Assembly (NCBI GenBank): GCA_046075565.1
Contig: JBJTQJ010000042.1
Location: 1-54,786, forward strand
DNA from: Verrucomicrobiales bacterium
GTDB taxonomy: Bacteria > Verrucomicrobiota > Verrucomicrobiia > Verrucomicrobiales > SLCJ01
DNA: 54,786 nt
Reading direction: 5' to 3'
Part shown: positions 1 through 10,153 of the stretch, piece after piece
Layout of the letters: each line of letters opens with the position of its first letter
How positions within the stretch are numbered: the stretch's first letter is position 1
Notes under the pieces: model-generated
What the model saw: the letters and a program-made list of their open reading frames with translations, nothing else
The model's database searches: none
Told to the model about the DNA's origin: nothing
Made by a program: the position numbers and the translations under genes

Positions 1-7
1 CGTCTCA

Positions 8-595
8 TTGCCCGCCACCACCGCTGAAACCATCGAATTCCTCAAACAACACGGGGCCCTGGAGGAAGGCCATTTTGTGCTCGCGAGTGGAAGGCACAGC
101 GCCCATTACGTGAAGAAGGCGAAGTTGATCCAACATCCGCGCGTGGTGCAGGATTTGATCGAAGCGGTGGTGCCGCGTTTGCGCGTGCTCGGCGGGATCG
201 ACGTGGTTTTGTCGCCGGCCGTGGGTGGAATTCCCGTGGGCCAACAAGTTGGTCTTGCCCTCGGTTGCCGCACGATTTACGCCGAACGTGATGCCGATAA
301 TCAACTCGCGTTGAAACGCGGCTTTGAGATTCTTCCGGGTGAACGTGTGTTGTTAGTCGAAGATGTGATCACCACCGGTGGCACGTTGGTCGAGTTGGAG
401 AAGTTCACCCGTGATACGGGCGGAACCATCGCGGGAACATTCGTGGTGGTGAACCGCAGCGGCCTCACCGAATTGCTCGGGCGTCCGGTCGTGAGCTGCA
501 TGGAAATCATTTTCCCGACCTACGCGCCCGATGAAGTCCCGCCTGCCTTGGCGGCCCTGCCGGCCTTTCGGCCCGGCACCAAACGTGTGGAGTAA
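8..595 (+). CDS. pyrE: orotate phosphoribosyltransferase
   Basis: GHFVLASGRHSAHY and PRPP-binding LLVEDVITTGGT motifs. TTG start; the frame is open to the window edge, so the start is uncertain. Confidence 0.93.
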   Translation: MPATTAETIEFLKQHGALEEGHFVLASGRHSAHYVKKAKLIQHPRVVQDLIEAVVPRLRVLGGIDVVLSPAVGGIPVGQQVGLALGCRTIYAERDADNQLALKRGFEILPGERVLLVEDVITTGGTLVELEKFTRDTGGTIAGTFVVVNRSGLTELLGRPVVSCMEIIFPTYAPDEVPPALAALPAFRPGTKRVE

Positions 596-690
596 ATCCG
601 CCCTTCCGCGGGGGGATTGGAAAATTCTTGCACAGGGCGTTGCGGGGTCGGCGCTATGATATGTGAAGGCCGACCGCGGCCGACCCCAAC

Positions 691-1266
691 ATGACCCCCA
701 GTCCCGAAATATCCACCGCCCACCTGGCCTGGCAGACTTGGTTCCAGAACAATGGGAACAAGCTCCTGCTTTTCGCCCGGCAGATGACACGCTCCGCGGC
801 CGACGCGGAAGACGTTCTTCAGAATGCCATCGTGCGTTGCTGGAATGCCCGCAAAAACCGCAATGGGGGAGTGGACCCGGAGAACGCCCCCGACCCGGCC
901 GAGATTTACACCATGATCCGGCGCGCCGCCATCGACCTCGGTCGCCGGGAAACCCGCCGCGCCCGCCGCGAGGAAAAGGTCATCGATTTTGAAGAGGCCA
1001 AAGGTATCGACTGGTTCCAGTGCCCGTTCGAAACCAAGGAGAAAGCCACGGAGATTTCCGGCGCCCTGCGCAAGCTGCCCGACTCGCAGCGCGAGGTGCT
1101 CACCTTGAAGATTTGGAATCAACTCACTTTCCAGGAAATCGGCGAGACCCTCGGGATTTCCGAAAACACCGCCGCTTCCCGTTACCGCTACGCTCTCGAA
1201 GCCCTGCGCCGCATCCTCGGCAAGGGGAAAGAAAGCCACTTCAAAAACCTAGCTGTCGTCCTATGA
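691..1266 (+). CDS. ECF RNA polymerase sigma factor
   Basis: Region 2 DAEDVLQNA; region 4 LPDSQREVLTLKIWNQLTFQEIGETLGISENTAASRYRYALEAL. Confidence 0.93.
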   Translation: MTPSPEISTAHLAWQTWFQNNGNKLLLFARQMTRSAADAEDVLQNAIVRCWNARKNRNGGVDPENAPDPAEIYTMIRRAAIDLGRRETRRARREEKVIDFEEAKGIDWFQCPFETKEKATEISGALRKLPDSQREVLTLKIWNQLTFQEIGETLGISENTAASRYRYALEALRRILGKGKESHFKNLAVVL

Positions 1267-1808
1267 GCCATTCCCACGAACCGTTGGAAGATTCACTCCT
1301 CCAACTCGAAGAAGAACTGCGCGCCCTCGTGCCCGCTGATACCTCCGCCGGTCTGCGCGACCGTATCTTTGCCGCGCTCGCCGAGCCCATGGCTGATGTT
1401 TCCGCCGAACCCGAAGTCGCGCCGCCCGGACGCGGCTGGTTCGGGTGGGTTCCGCTGGCCGCCGCGGCCGCCGTCGCCCTGCTCGCGGTGGTTCTTTCGC
1501 CCGCGCCCAAACAACCTGATAGCGTCGTGACTACCACGCCTGTCGCCACCGGCAGCCAGGACATCGCCACCACGCCATCCCCGGCGGCATCGTATGCCGT
1601 GCCCGCATCCTGGAAACCGGTTTCTTCCGATTCCCGTCTCGAGCATGTCGGCTACGACGGCGTCCGCATGGAAGACAGCGCAACCTACCGCCAAATCCGC
1701 ACCCGCAGCATGGAACGCCGCACCTTCGTGGATCCCGCCAATGGCACCGTCGTGGAAGTCGTCTTCCCGCGTGAGAATGTCCATCTAGTGCCCGTGGTGC
1801 CCGAGTGA
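1263..1808 (+). CDS. putative single-pass membrane anti-sigma factor
   Basis: ATGA overlap with the sigma stop; short cytoplasmic N-terminus, one TM segment (WVPLAAAAAVALLAVVL), Pro/Thr linker, small beta-rich C-terminal domain. Confidence 0.7.
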   Translation: MSHSHEPLEDSLLQLEEELRALVPADTSAGLRDRIFAALAEPMADVSAEPEVAPPGRGWFGWVPLAAAAAVALLAVVLSPAPKQPDSVVTTTPVATGSQDIATTPSPAASYAVPASWKPVSSDSRLEHVGYDGVRMEDSATYRQIRTRSMERRTFVDPANGTVVEVVFPRENVHLVPVVPE

Positions 1809-1876
1809 ACCGACCGATTTTCCATTCTCTAACAAACCAACGACACCCTAACTTCCCCAGCAGAATCTAGCACACC

Positions 1877-2875
1877 ATGAAAACGTCCCGCATCCTGCTC
1901 CGCTCCGCCGCGATGGCTTTCACGGCCATGGCCTCCCTGGCTGTCCTGCCTTTGGCATTTGCCGAGGAAAATGCCGCCGCCGAAAACCAGCCGGCACCCA
2001 CCGTGGCCGCCGAGGCTCCCGCCGGTGCATGGCTCGGTGTTCTGACCAAGCCGCTCCCCAAAATCATCGGTGAACATCTCGGGCTCGCTCCCGGGGAAGG
2101 GCTCGCCGTCGAAATGGTCGTGCCCGACAGTCCCGCTGCCGCCGCCGGCCTGCAAGTGGACGACGTGCTCACCAAACTCGACGAACAAAAGCTCGTGCTT
2201 CCCGACCAGCTATCCATCTTGCTCGACGGTGCCAAGCCCGGCCAAGATAGCAAACTCGAGGTCCTTCGCGACGGCAAACCCGTGCAGCTCGCCGCCAAGC
2301 TGGGCGAACGGCCCGCCCAATTCGCCAAACGCAATCGCGCCGCCGGTGAAGAAGGGGAGCCCCGCAATCAGGTGGACATCAATGGACTCAACGGTATCGA
2401 CCAGCTCAATGACATGCAGGGCATGTTGCGCATCCTCCCGCGTGATGGTCAGATGGATCTCGCCCAAATCGAGAAGCAGCTCGAAAATATGCGCGCCGAC
2501 ATGCAGAAACGCGTCGAAAAGATGCGCATCGAAGCGGAAGTCGGTGGAGGCAATGGCCAAGTTCAGATGCAGGTCTTCCGCCTCGACCAAGGACGCATCC
2601 AGATCGGTGACAACGAAGGCACCATCACCATCGAACGCCAGGATGGCAAAAAAACTCTCAAGGCCACCGACAAACAAGGCAACGTGCTTTTCGAAGGTCC
2701 CTATGATACGGATGAAGAAAAGGCCGCCGTGCCCGATCCCATCCGCAAACGCGCCGAGCGATTCAACATCCAGGACGGCGGCGTGCGCGGCTTCATGGAA
2801 AAATGTGATGAAGCTCCCGCTCAACCCCAAGGCGGCATCGAAGGGGACGTGAAACCCGGCGACCGCGTTGACTAA
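1877..2875 (+). CDS. secreted PDZ-domain protein with no protease domain
   Basis: Signal peptide; PDZ signature AWLGV...GLAVEMVVPDSPAAAAGLQVDDVL; no trypsin GNSGG motif. Confidence 0.85.
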   Translation: MKTSRILLRSAAMAFTAMASLAVLPLAFAEENAAAENQPAPTVAAEAPAGAWLGVLTKPLPKIIGEHLGLAPGEGLAVEMVVPDSPAAAAGLQVDDVLTKLDEQKLVLPDQLSILLDGAKPGQDSKLEVLRDGKPVQLAAKLGERPAQFAKRNRAAGEEGEPRNQVDINGLNGIDQLNDMQGMLRILPRDGQMDLAQIEKQLENMRADMQKRVEKMRIEAEVGGGNGQVQMQVFRLDQGRIQIGDNEGTITIERQDGKKTLKATDKQGNVLFEGPYDTDEEKAAVPDPIRKRAERFNIQDGGVRGFMEKCDEAPAQPQGGIEGDVKPGDRVD

Positions 2876-2893
2876 GAGGTCTTGTTTTCTCCG

Positions 2894-2928
2894 CCCCCGT
2901 CCTCTCACCGGGACGGGGGATTCTTTTT
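2894..2928 (+). terminator. intrinsic terminator
   Basis: Stem CCCCCGTCC/GGACGGGGG followed by ATTCTTTTT, just after the PDZ gene. Confidence 0.8.
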
Positions 2929-3033
2929 GGTTTCGTCGCAGGCGTGGTGGACTGCTTTCGGGAAGCGATCGCCGCGCGAGCTTGGTTCAAGAATGGGCAG
3001 CATCTCAGGCAGGTCCGCATCGCCAAATCAGTC

Positions 3034-3061
3034 TTGCCATGGGATGGCTGGTGGCGATAAT
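3034..3061 (+). promoter_or_regulatory. putative sigma70 promoter for a leaderless mRNA
   Basis: TTGCCA-N16-GATAAT, then 6 nt to the ATG at 3068. Confidence 0.55.
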
Positions 3062-3067
3062 CCCGGC

Positions 3068-3610
3068 ATGAAATACGTTTTCCTTTGTCTGCTCTTTACC
3101 GCAGGCTCTCTCCACGCGCTGGACGCGGAAGCTCTCCGTAAAATCGCGGCCGAACCACACAGCAGGGAAAATCTCGTGCCGGAACTTAAACTGTATCCTG
3201 ACGCCCGGGAATACAAGATCCGCGTGCGAGCTGGAAAGTCGGCCAAGGAGCTTGCGGAGATACCGGAAATGACGGTCACCTAGAAAACAGTCCAGGGGCG
3301 CTACCTCGTTTCCGTGATCAATGTTCCCGAACAGGAGAATCCGATCATCATGGCGGTGAGCTATGATAGTGAGGCCGACTTGTTCAAGAAATGGGTGCTG
3401 GTGCCCGAAGGCAAAGTGGCTTCTTCAACCGGGTTGGCCGATCTGAAGACGCGGACCATCGCCTGGACTTCCGACAATGCGGAGGCGGGGGAGCCGAGGA
3501 TACTCTCGCTCGAAATACATTCCGATGAGAAGAGCACGTGGAAAGAGACCATACTGGTTGATGGAAAGGTCCTCTCGGTGAATCAGGGCGAGGCCGTGAA
3601 ATCAAAATAG
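3068..3610 (+). pseudogene. secreted hypothetical protein interrupted by an in-frame TAG at 3281-3283
   Basis: Signal peptide MKYVFLCLLFTAGSLHA; the same frame continues past TAG (KTVQGRYLVSVINVPE...) to 3610. Confidence 0.7.
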
Positions 3611-3753
3611 CACGTCTTCGTAGGAAAATTCAGGTTTTGGTACCGGCGATACTTGCAGGTGCCGAGGTCTTCGATCATTGGCTCGGCCGTTTTCCGCAGG
3701 TTCGGCGCAAGCTTTTCCCGCATGGCCGCGTATCCACGTCGTTCCACCTCGCC

Positions 3754-5223
3754 ATGATGCGCCGCCTTCCTCACATCTCCGCCGTTTTCGCCCTCGCTTT
3801 TTCCTTGGCCATTCCCGGAGTTGCCCGGGCAATTGCCGATGCCGAGAACCTCGGCCAGTGGGCCAAGCCAACCGATATTGGTCCGGACAAGGAAGTTCCG
3901 GGCTTCCTCGTCAACCTGGGTCCAACCGGCGCGCGGGCGGTTCTCAAAAAGAAGTCGTTCGTGGTGAAACACGTTTTCGCCGCCTCGCCTGCCAATGGGA
4001 AGCTGCGGCTCGAAGATGAAATCACGGGCGCGAATGGCAAACCGTTCGGAAAACATACCTTTGGCAAATGCTACAGCATGGAGCCCGGCGAAGGCTACGA
4101 AGGTCCGATCATGGACATGGGCAATGCCATCGAGGACAGCGAAGGGAAAGATGGCACGCTGATTCTGGACGTGCTGCGTGAAGGTCAGCCGGCCAAAGTG
4201 GAAATCAAACTCGCGCCTATCGGACGTTTCAGCGCCACCTTTCCGGCAAAATGCCCGAAGTCGGAAAAACTCGCCGCCCAAGCGATGGAGTATCTGCTTA
4301 CGCGCAAGGACGAACACTGCGGGGTTCTTCATGAGAAGGGATTGTTCGGTTTGGCCCTTTTGGCTCGAGGGAAAGTGAAGGAGGCTGAAGAGTATGCCAT
4401 GGCATGGAATACTCCTCCGGGAGTAAACGAGTGGACTTGGTATCCGTCTTACCAGGCCGTTTATCTGGGAGAATATTTTCTTCAGACCGGCGATAAGCGC
4501 GTGCTTCCGACCATCAAGGAGAATTGCCAGCGGCTCTATCGTTCGCAGGTCATCAACCCGGAACTCTACAAGGATGCGATGCACGGTGGCCAGCCGCAGG
4601 CGAAAAATTTCCTCAAAGGTGGCAATGGCCACGGCGCTCTCTGCGCCGGTTATGGCACGATGAGCATCACCACCCTCATGGCTCTTCTGTCATGGGAACT
4701 GGCCGAGGATTGCGGTATCGAGATCAAGGATTTCAACCGTGACATCGCCTACGAGTGCATTCACACCAACACCAACGAAACCGGCTACATGGGCTATCGC
4801 TTCGCGACCGGTGCTTATTCGCCCGTGGGGCTGCAAGGACTATCCATCATTGTCCACCGCGTCTCCGGTCGGCCCGGCACCGAGGATTATGTGACACGTG
4901 TCATCAACGGATTGGAAAAGTCAAAGACCCGGATCAATGACGGCCATGGTGACAATTCCTTGGCGTGGGGCTGGGCCTTGCTTGGTATCAAACTTTCCGG
5001 CAACGAAGCGGCGAAGCGTTCTTTCCTTGATTACAACAAGGCATTCATCAACATGGCCCGCACCCACGATGGTGCGTTCGTGATCCAACCCGGTCGCAAT
5101 CTCCACGAAAAAGCCTACTACATGTCGCCGCGTATCCATCCTACTTCCGCCATGGTGATGGTTCTGGGATCTGATCATCCGAGACTCAGGATCCAAGGCG
5201 TGAAGGAGAAGGCGGATTCTTGA
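3754..5223 (+). CDS. secreted DUF6288-like protein (PDZ-like N-terminus plus helical domain)
   Basis: Signal peptide; NLGPTGAR motif followed by a PDZ-like segment, as in PVC DUF6288 proteins. Confidence 0.7.
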   Translation: MMRRLPHISAVFALAFSLAIPGVARAIADAENLGQWAKPTDIGPDKEVPGFLVNLGPTGARAVLKKKSFVVKHVFAASPANGKLRLEDEITGANGKPFGKHTFGKCYSMEPGEGYEGPIMDMGNAIEDSEGKDGTLILDVLREGQPAKVEIKLAPIGRFSATFPAKCPKSEKLAAQAMEYLLTRKDEHCGVLHEKGLFGLALLARGKVKEAEEYAMAWNTPPGVNEWTWYPSYQAVYLGEYFLQTGDKRVLPTIKENCQRLYRSQVINPELYKDAMHGGQPQAKNFLKGGNGHGALCAGYGTMSITTLMALLSWELAEDCGIEIKDFNRDIAYECIHTNTNETGYMGYRFATGAYSPVGLQGLSIIVHRVSGRPGTEDYVTRVINGLEKSKTRINDGHGDNSLAWGWALLGIKLSGNEAAKRSFLDYNKAFINMARTHDGAFVIQPGRNLHEKAYYMSPRIHPTSAMVMVLGSDHPRLRIQGVKEKADS

Positions 5224-5292
5224 AGTGGAGTGTTTTCTTTGTGGCACTGGATGCAAGTTCCAGCGCCACAGCGACGTAGAATGGCCGAGGCC

Positions 5293-8200
5293 ATGACTTT
5301 ATCCCCCAACGTCCCGACCTGCATCTTCCGCCGCATTTCCACAAGTGTCGCGCTTCTCGCTCTGATCGCGCGCGTGCAAGCTGTTCCAGCCGATGGTGAA
5401 CCGGATAACAAATCTTCCCGTGAATCCGCGAGCGTGCAATTGCCCGCTGCCTCCGGTGTGAAGGTGGGATTGTTCGCCGATGGCCGCCATCTGAAGAATG
5501 TTTCCGCACTCTCCATCGCCGATGATGGAAGGCTCTTTGCCGTGGAAACCTACCGGCGCGGAAATGGCATCACCGACAACCGGGAAAATTCCCAGTGGTT
5601 GGTCGAGGACGCGGCATCGCGAAGCGTGGCCGATCGTCTGGCCATGTATGCGCGTCATGCCGACCGCCACCCGCCATCGTATTTCACCGGAGTCTCGGAA
5701 AAGATCCAGTTGGTGGAGGATCGTAATGGCGATGGCAAAGCCGATTTTGCAGTCCCTTTCGAGGACAAGGCCTTCGGCAATGCGGCCGACGGTATCGCCT
5801 CCGGGATTCTCGCCTGGGATGACAATATCTGGTTCGCCTGCATCCCGAAAGTCTGGCGCTTCACCGACCGCAACCGCGATGGCAAACCCGATCAATCCGA
5901 AGCAGTGCATGATGGTTTCGGTCTGCATGTTTCGTTTTTCGGCCACGACTTGAATGGATTCACGCCCGGCCCCGATGGCAGGCTGTATTTCACCATTGCC
6001 GATCGCGGTGCAAACATCTTGAATCATGAAGGCGAACATCTTTTCCTCCATGGACGGGGCGCGGTGATGCGGATGGAAATGGATGGCAGCCATCTGGAAA
6101 TTCATCACTCGGGTTTGCGCAACCCGAAGGAGCTGGCCTTCGATGATTTCGGGAATCTGTTCAATGTCGACAACAATGGCGACGCCGGCGACCTCGCGCG
6201 TGTGACGGAAATCGTCGAGGGTGCGGACAGCGGATGGCGCATGGGTCATCAGATGTTGATTTCCTTTTCTAAAAAGCTCGGCCATGCCAGCCAACCGCCC
6301 GTGCGTTGGATGGAGGAGAAAATGTGGGAACCGGCCAATGACGATCAACCGTGGTGGATCTTTCCGCCCATCGCGAATTTCACCAGCGGCCCGGCTGGCA
6401 TGACCCGTGAAACCGGCTCGACCCGCTTGACCGGCAGTCTGCCACCGGGAGCATTCATCATCTGCGATTACCGTGGCTCGCCCCAGAAAAGCGGCGTGCG
6501 CTGGTTCACCCTGCAACCGCAAGGCGATACCTTCCGTTTTGATCAATCGGGTGATTTGTTGGGCGATGTGGCCTGCACCGATGCGGAATTCGGGCCTGAT
6601 GGAAAACTCTATGTCTCCGATTACATCGGAGGATGGGGTGTGCCGAACGACGGAAGGGTCTGGACTGTGGCAGGATCCGGCAACGCGGAATCCGAAGCAA
6701 CTTCCAAACTAATCCGTGAAGGCATGACAAAGAAATCCGACGCGGAGTTGACCACGCTGCTCGGACATGCCGACCAGCGTGTGCGTCTGCGGGCACAATT
6801 TGCTCTGGCTCGCCGAAATGGTGGCGAACATCTGTTCGTGCAAGTTGCCCGCGATGGTGGCTTGCCGGTGGTGACGCGCTTGCACGGCCTGTGGGGAATC
6901 GGGCAAGTTGCCCGGCTCCACGGCTCTGCTCCGGCCATCGCCGCAGCGCGTGATCTCCTGTTAGATTCGCAACCGGATATCCGCGCATGGGCGGCGGTCA
7001 TCCTTGCGGAAAGCGGCGACACCACTTTAATCCCGGCCATTGCCCGCTTGCTTGGCGACGAAAATCCGCGAGTCGCCCACCGCGCCGCCGGCGCTTTGGC
7101 CCGCTTGCGCCCGGGCGACGACCCCCTTGTCGTGGAAGCGGTCGAGCGTTTCTTAAAAAAGAATGATCCGGGACCGCGGGCCACGCTTGCCGGGGCGAGA
7201 TTGCTTGCCGAAGCGCTCGGAGCCGATGGGCGTTCGAAAATGGAGTCGATTCCAACCGCTCTGGCCGCCCGCGCCTCGGTGGTTGCCGCCCGGCGCCTGC
7301 GCGATCCCGGTATGGCACGTTTCTTGGACTCTCCGGAGCAAGCGGTGGCCTTGGAAGCGCTGGCCGCGATCCATGATGAAGCCATCGAGTGTCCCGAAGC
7401 TCCGGCGGCCCTTCTCAAAGTGGATGCTTTTGGTGGTCCCTGGAAGGACGTGCCGGTCATGGCCCTCCGGCGCTTGATCAATCTCAACTACCGGGCCGGT
7501 GGCATGGAAGACGCGGGACGTCTCTGGCAAGCGGCGGCCAACCCGTCGCTTCCCATCGCCGCCCGTTTGGAAGCATTGTTCTTGTTAGAGAACTGGGGCC
7601 AACCCCATGCCATCGATCGGGTGACGGGCGATCATCATCCGCTGCCCGCCCGACCCGCGGTGGTGCTCGATCCCATCGTGCAGGCCGGCACGGCGTCGTT
7701 GATTGAAGACCCCAATCCCGATATCCAGGCAGCCGTGCTCCGTCTCGCTTTGACGCATGGAGCGGAGCTTCCGGTGGAAAAACTTCAGGCTTTGGCAACG
7801 GATCACAAGAAAGGCACGAGCGCGCGCGTGCAGGCCATCCGACAACTTGCCAGCAACGCACCGCCCGGAACGCGGGCGTTTTTCCAAGGCCTCTGCGCCG
7901 ATAAGGACCCCCGGGTGGCGGCATCCGCGCTCATCAATCTCGGCGATCTCGAGCCCGACCTCGCATTTGCGGAAGCGCGCAAGGTTCTCTCCAACCCATC
8001 CGCGCCTTTGTATCTAAGGCAGGAGATGGTGCGTTGGCTTGGAGTTTGCGGGCATCCGGAGGCTGCCGGGCTCCTTGGTGAATTCGCCGTGGCCGCCAAC
8101 GCAGGCAACCTCGATCCGGGCCTTGGTGCGGATCTACATGACGCCATTACCACGCTACCTTCGGGTCAGGTGACCGCGGAAATGTCCCATGTGCTGGAAA

Positions 8201-9303
8201 AATCCAAGGGTGGTTTCGCTTGGGCGGCCAATGGCGGGGATGTGGCCAGCGGACATTCTTTGTTTTTTACCCATGGCGGCGCACAATGCCTGCGCTGCCA
8301 CGAGCTTTCCGGCAGTGGAGGCAATGCCGGTCCGCCGCTTGATGGCATTGGCAAACGACGCGACGAGGCCTATCTGCTCGAGGCACTCATTCATCCTGGT
8401 GCCCACATCGCTCCCGGTTATGGGAATGCCAAGGTCAAATCCAAGGACGGCACGACCATTGAAGGATTGCTCAAGGATGAAACGGCGGACCAAGTCGTCA
8501 TCGAAACCGATGGCAAGTCCGTCAATATCGCCCGCGGTGAGATCACGGAGCTCGGCTACGGAGCTTCAGCCATGCCCGACATGACGACCATCCTGACTCC
8601 GCGCCAGGTTCGGGATGTGGTGGCATTTCTCGGTGACTTGAAACCCGGCAAGTCGGTGAAGGCGGATCAGGTGAAAGCACCTCCACCCGGTGAACTCGAC
8701 TCCCGTGAAAGTGAAAAAGCCGCGCCGTCCGTGGCCGTGGCCGATCTCGATCTTGGCAAACAGGTTTACGACAATGTCTGTGCCGCTTGCCACGGGCCGG
8801 AAGGAAACGGGGTCGAAGGCGCGTTCCCGCCCTTGCGTGGATCCGAGTGGGTGGGGCACACGGCTTCCGCCCTCATCCGGATGCAACTGCACGGTCTTGA
8901 AGGCCCGATCACCGTCAATGGCGTCGAATATAACACGGCGATGCCACCACATGGAGAAACCCTATCCGATGAGGACATTGCCGCCGTGTTGAACCACATG
9001 CGCCGCCAATGGGGAAGTCCCGGCCTATCGGAAATCGCGGCCAGTGATGTGGCGAAGGAACGCGAACTCAACCCCGATCGCATGGCTGCCTGGACGGTTG
9101 CGGAACTCGGCAATCCACCAGCGCCGGGAGGACCTGCCGCCGCACCCGGTTCGTCCGCTGCTCCCACCGCGAAAGTGGCTGCCGGTGTGTCTGCTCCTTC
9201 TTCCCAAACGACGGTTCCTGCCCAACCATGGCCGCTCCTTTTTCTCCTCTCGCTGCCTTTCCTCGGCTTCGTTGCCGGTGTGCTGGGATTGAGAGGGCGT
9301 TGA
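5293..9303 (+). CDS. PVC-type heme-binding dehydrogenase-like protein: beta-propeller, HEAT repeats, two cytochrome c domains, C-terminal TM anchor
   Basis: HDLNGFTPGPDGRLYF and GLRNPKELAFDDFGN motifs; HEAT-like repeats; CLRCH and CAACH; hydrophobic tail. Start could be 5281 or 5293. Confidence 0.85.
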   Translation: MTLSPNVPTCIFRRISTSVALLALIARVQAVPADGEPDNKSSRESASVQLPAASGVKVGLFADGRHLKNVSALSIADDGRLFAVETYRRGNGITDNRENSQWLVEDAASRSVADRLAMYARHADRHPPSYFTGVSEKIQLVEDRNGDGKADFAVPFEDKAFGNAADGIASGILAWDDNIWFACIPKVWRFTDRNRDGKPDQSEAVHDGFGLHVSFFGHDLNGFTPGPDGRLYFTIADRGANILNHEGEHLFLHGRGAVMRMEMDGSHLEIHHSGLRNPKELAFDDFGNLFNVDNNGDAGDLARVTEIVEGADSGWRMGHQMLISFSKKLGHASQPPVRWMEEKMWEPANDDQPWWIFPPIANFTSGPAGMTRETGSTRLTGSLPPGAFIICDYRGSPQKSGVRWFTLQPQGDTFRFDQSGDLLGDVACTDAEFGPDGKLYVSDYIGGWGVPNDGRVWTVAGSGNAESEATSKLIREGMTKKSDAELTTLLGHADQRVRLRAQFALARRNGGEHLFVQVARDGGLPVVTRLHGLWGIGQVARLHGSAPAIAAARDLLLDSQPDIRAWAAVILAESGDTTLIPAIARLLGDENPRVAHRAAGALARLRPGDDPLVVEAVERFLKKNDPGPRATLAGARLLAEALGADGRSKMESIPTALAARASVVAARRLRDPGMARFLDSPEQAVALEALAAIHDEAIECPEAPAALLKVDAFGGPWKDVPVMALRRLINLNYRAGGMEDAGRLWQAAANPSLPIAARLEALFLLENWGQPHAIDRVTGDHHPLPARPAVVLDPIVQAGTASLIEDPNPDIQAAVLRLALTHGAELPVEKLQALATDHKKGTSARVQAIRQLASNAPPGTRAFFQGLCADKDPRVAASALINLGDLEPDLAFAEARKVLSNPSAPLYLRQEMVRWLGVCGHPEAAGLLGEFAVAANAGNLDPGLGADLHDAITTLPSGQVTAEMSHVLEKSKGGFAWAANGGDVASGHSLFFTHGGAQCLRCHELSGSGGNAGPPLDGIGKRRDEAYLLEALIHPGAHIAPGYGNAKVKSKDGTTIEGLLKDETADQVVIETDGKSVNIARGEITELGYGASAMPDMTTILTPRQVRDVVAFLGDLKPGKSVKADQVKAPPPGELDSRESEKAAPSVAVADLDLGKQVYDNVCAACHGPEGNGVEGAFPPLRGSEWVGHTASALIRMQLHGLEGPITVNGVEYNTAMPPHGETLSDEDIAAVLNHMRRQWGSPGLSEIAASDVAKERELNPDRMAAWTVAELGNPPAPGGPAAAPGSSAAPTAKVAAGVSAPSSQTTVPAQPWPLLFLLSLPFLGFVAGVLGLRGR

Positions 9304-9417
9304 GCGGGCGGAGTCCATGCCGACCCTCGTGTCCCGATTTGGCGTGCACTTTCCTCTCCCGCTGGACAAATCGCCGCGACGGGGGCATGATACGGAAGTC
9401 AACCCATTCACCGAACC

Positions 9418-9987
9418 ATGGAAGCAAAAGCCGTTCTCCAATCCACCGAAGACCACATGAAAAAGGCGGTGGAATACCTGACCCACGAATTCGCGTCGCT
9501 CCGCACCGGCAAGGCATCGCCGCAGCTCGTCGAAAACATCGACATCAAGGTGAGCATTTACGGCGGAACGCACATGAAGCTCAAACAACTCGCCACCATC
9601 AGCACGCCGGAGGCCCGGCTGATCATGGTCCAGCCGTTCGACGCATCCACCCTGCAGGATGTGGAACGCGGCATCCGCGAGGCGAACATCGGCATCAATC
9701 CCTCGACGGAAGGAAAGTCCATCCGCCTGCCCGTGCCCGAGCTGACCGAAGAACGCCGCCGCTCCATGGTCAAGATCCTCAAAGGCAACGCCGAAGAGGC
9801 CCGCGTGCGGATCCGTGGTGCCCGTCGTGATGGAATGGAGCAGATCAAGAAACTGGAGAAAGACAAACTCATCACCGAGGATGACCGTCGTGACAAAGAA
9901 GAAGCCATCCAGAAGATGACGGACAAACATGTCCACGAGATCGACGAATTGGCCAAACGCAAGGAAGTCGAGGTCATGACCGTGTGA
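9418..9987 (+). CDS. frr: ribosome recycling factor
   Basis: LRTGKASP and PELTEERRR motifs; ends KEVEVMTV. Confidence 0.97.
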   Translation: MEAKAVLQSTEDHMKKAVEYLTHEFASLRTGKASPQLVENIDIKVSIYGGTHMKLKQLATISTPEARLIMVQPFDASTLQDVERGIREANIGINPSTEGKSIRLPVPELTEERRRSMVKILKGNAEEARVRIRGARRDGMEQIKKLEKDKLITEDDRRDKEEAIQKMTDKHVHEIDELAKRKEVEVMTV

Positions 9988-10052
9988 TGGTGGAGCGTGG
10001 CATGCCGCGCGGCCAATCCCTTTTCCAGAATCGTGCCAGGGCACGATGCCAA

Positions 10053-10078
10053 GGGCAAGACCGGGACGGTCTTGCTAC
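10053..10078 (-). repeat. solo GTAG-type REP palindrome
   Basis: GGGCAAGACCGGGACGGTCTTGCTAC; same family as 21172, 21249, 31501 and 31578. Confidence 0.8.
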
Positions 10079-10153
10079 GCTTCTGAATTGAAACTCCAGC
10101 CCATGTCCGAAATCGTCAGTGCCAAACAGGATTGCGGGCGTTGGTATCAATCC

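Noticed and set aside
1020-1262. Long N-terminal extensions in the ORF track (e.g. 1020, 11471, 26564, 39349, 25656)
   Set aside because: They overlap neighbouring genes or promoters; family motifs begin at downstream ATGs.
3281-3283. Genome-wide TAG reassignment or pyrrolysine
   Set aside because: TAG ends other genes normally (22442, 48604, 3610), and no pyl genes or suppressor tRNA are in the window.
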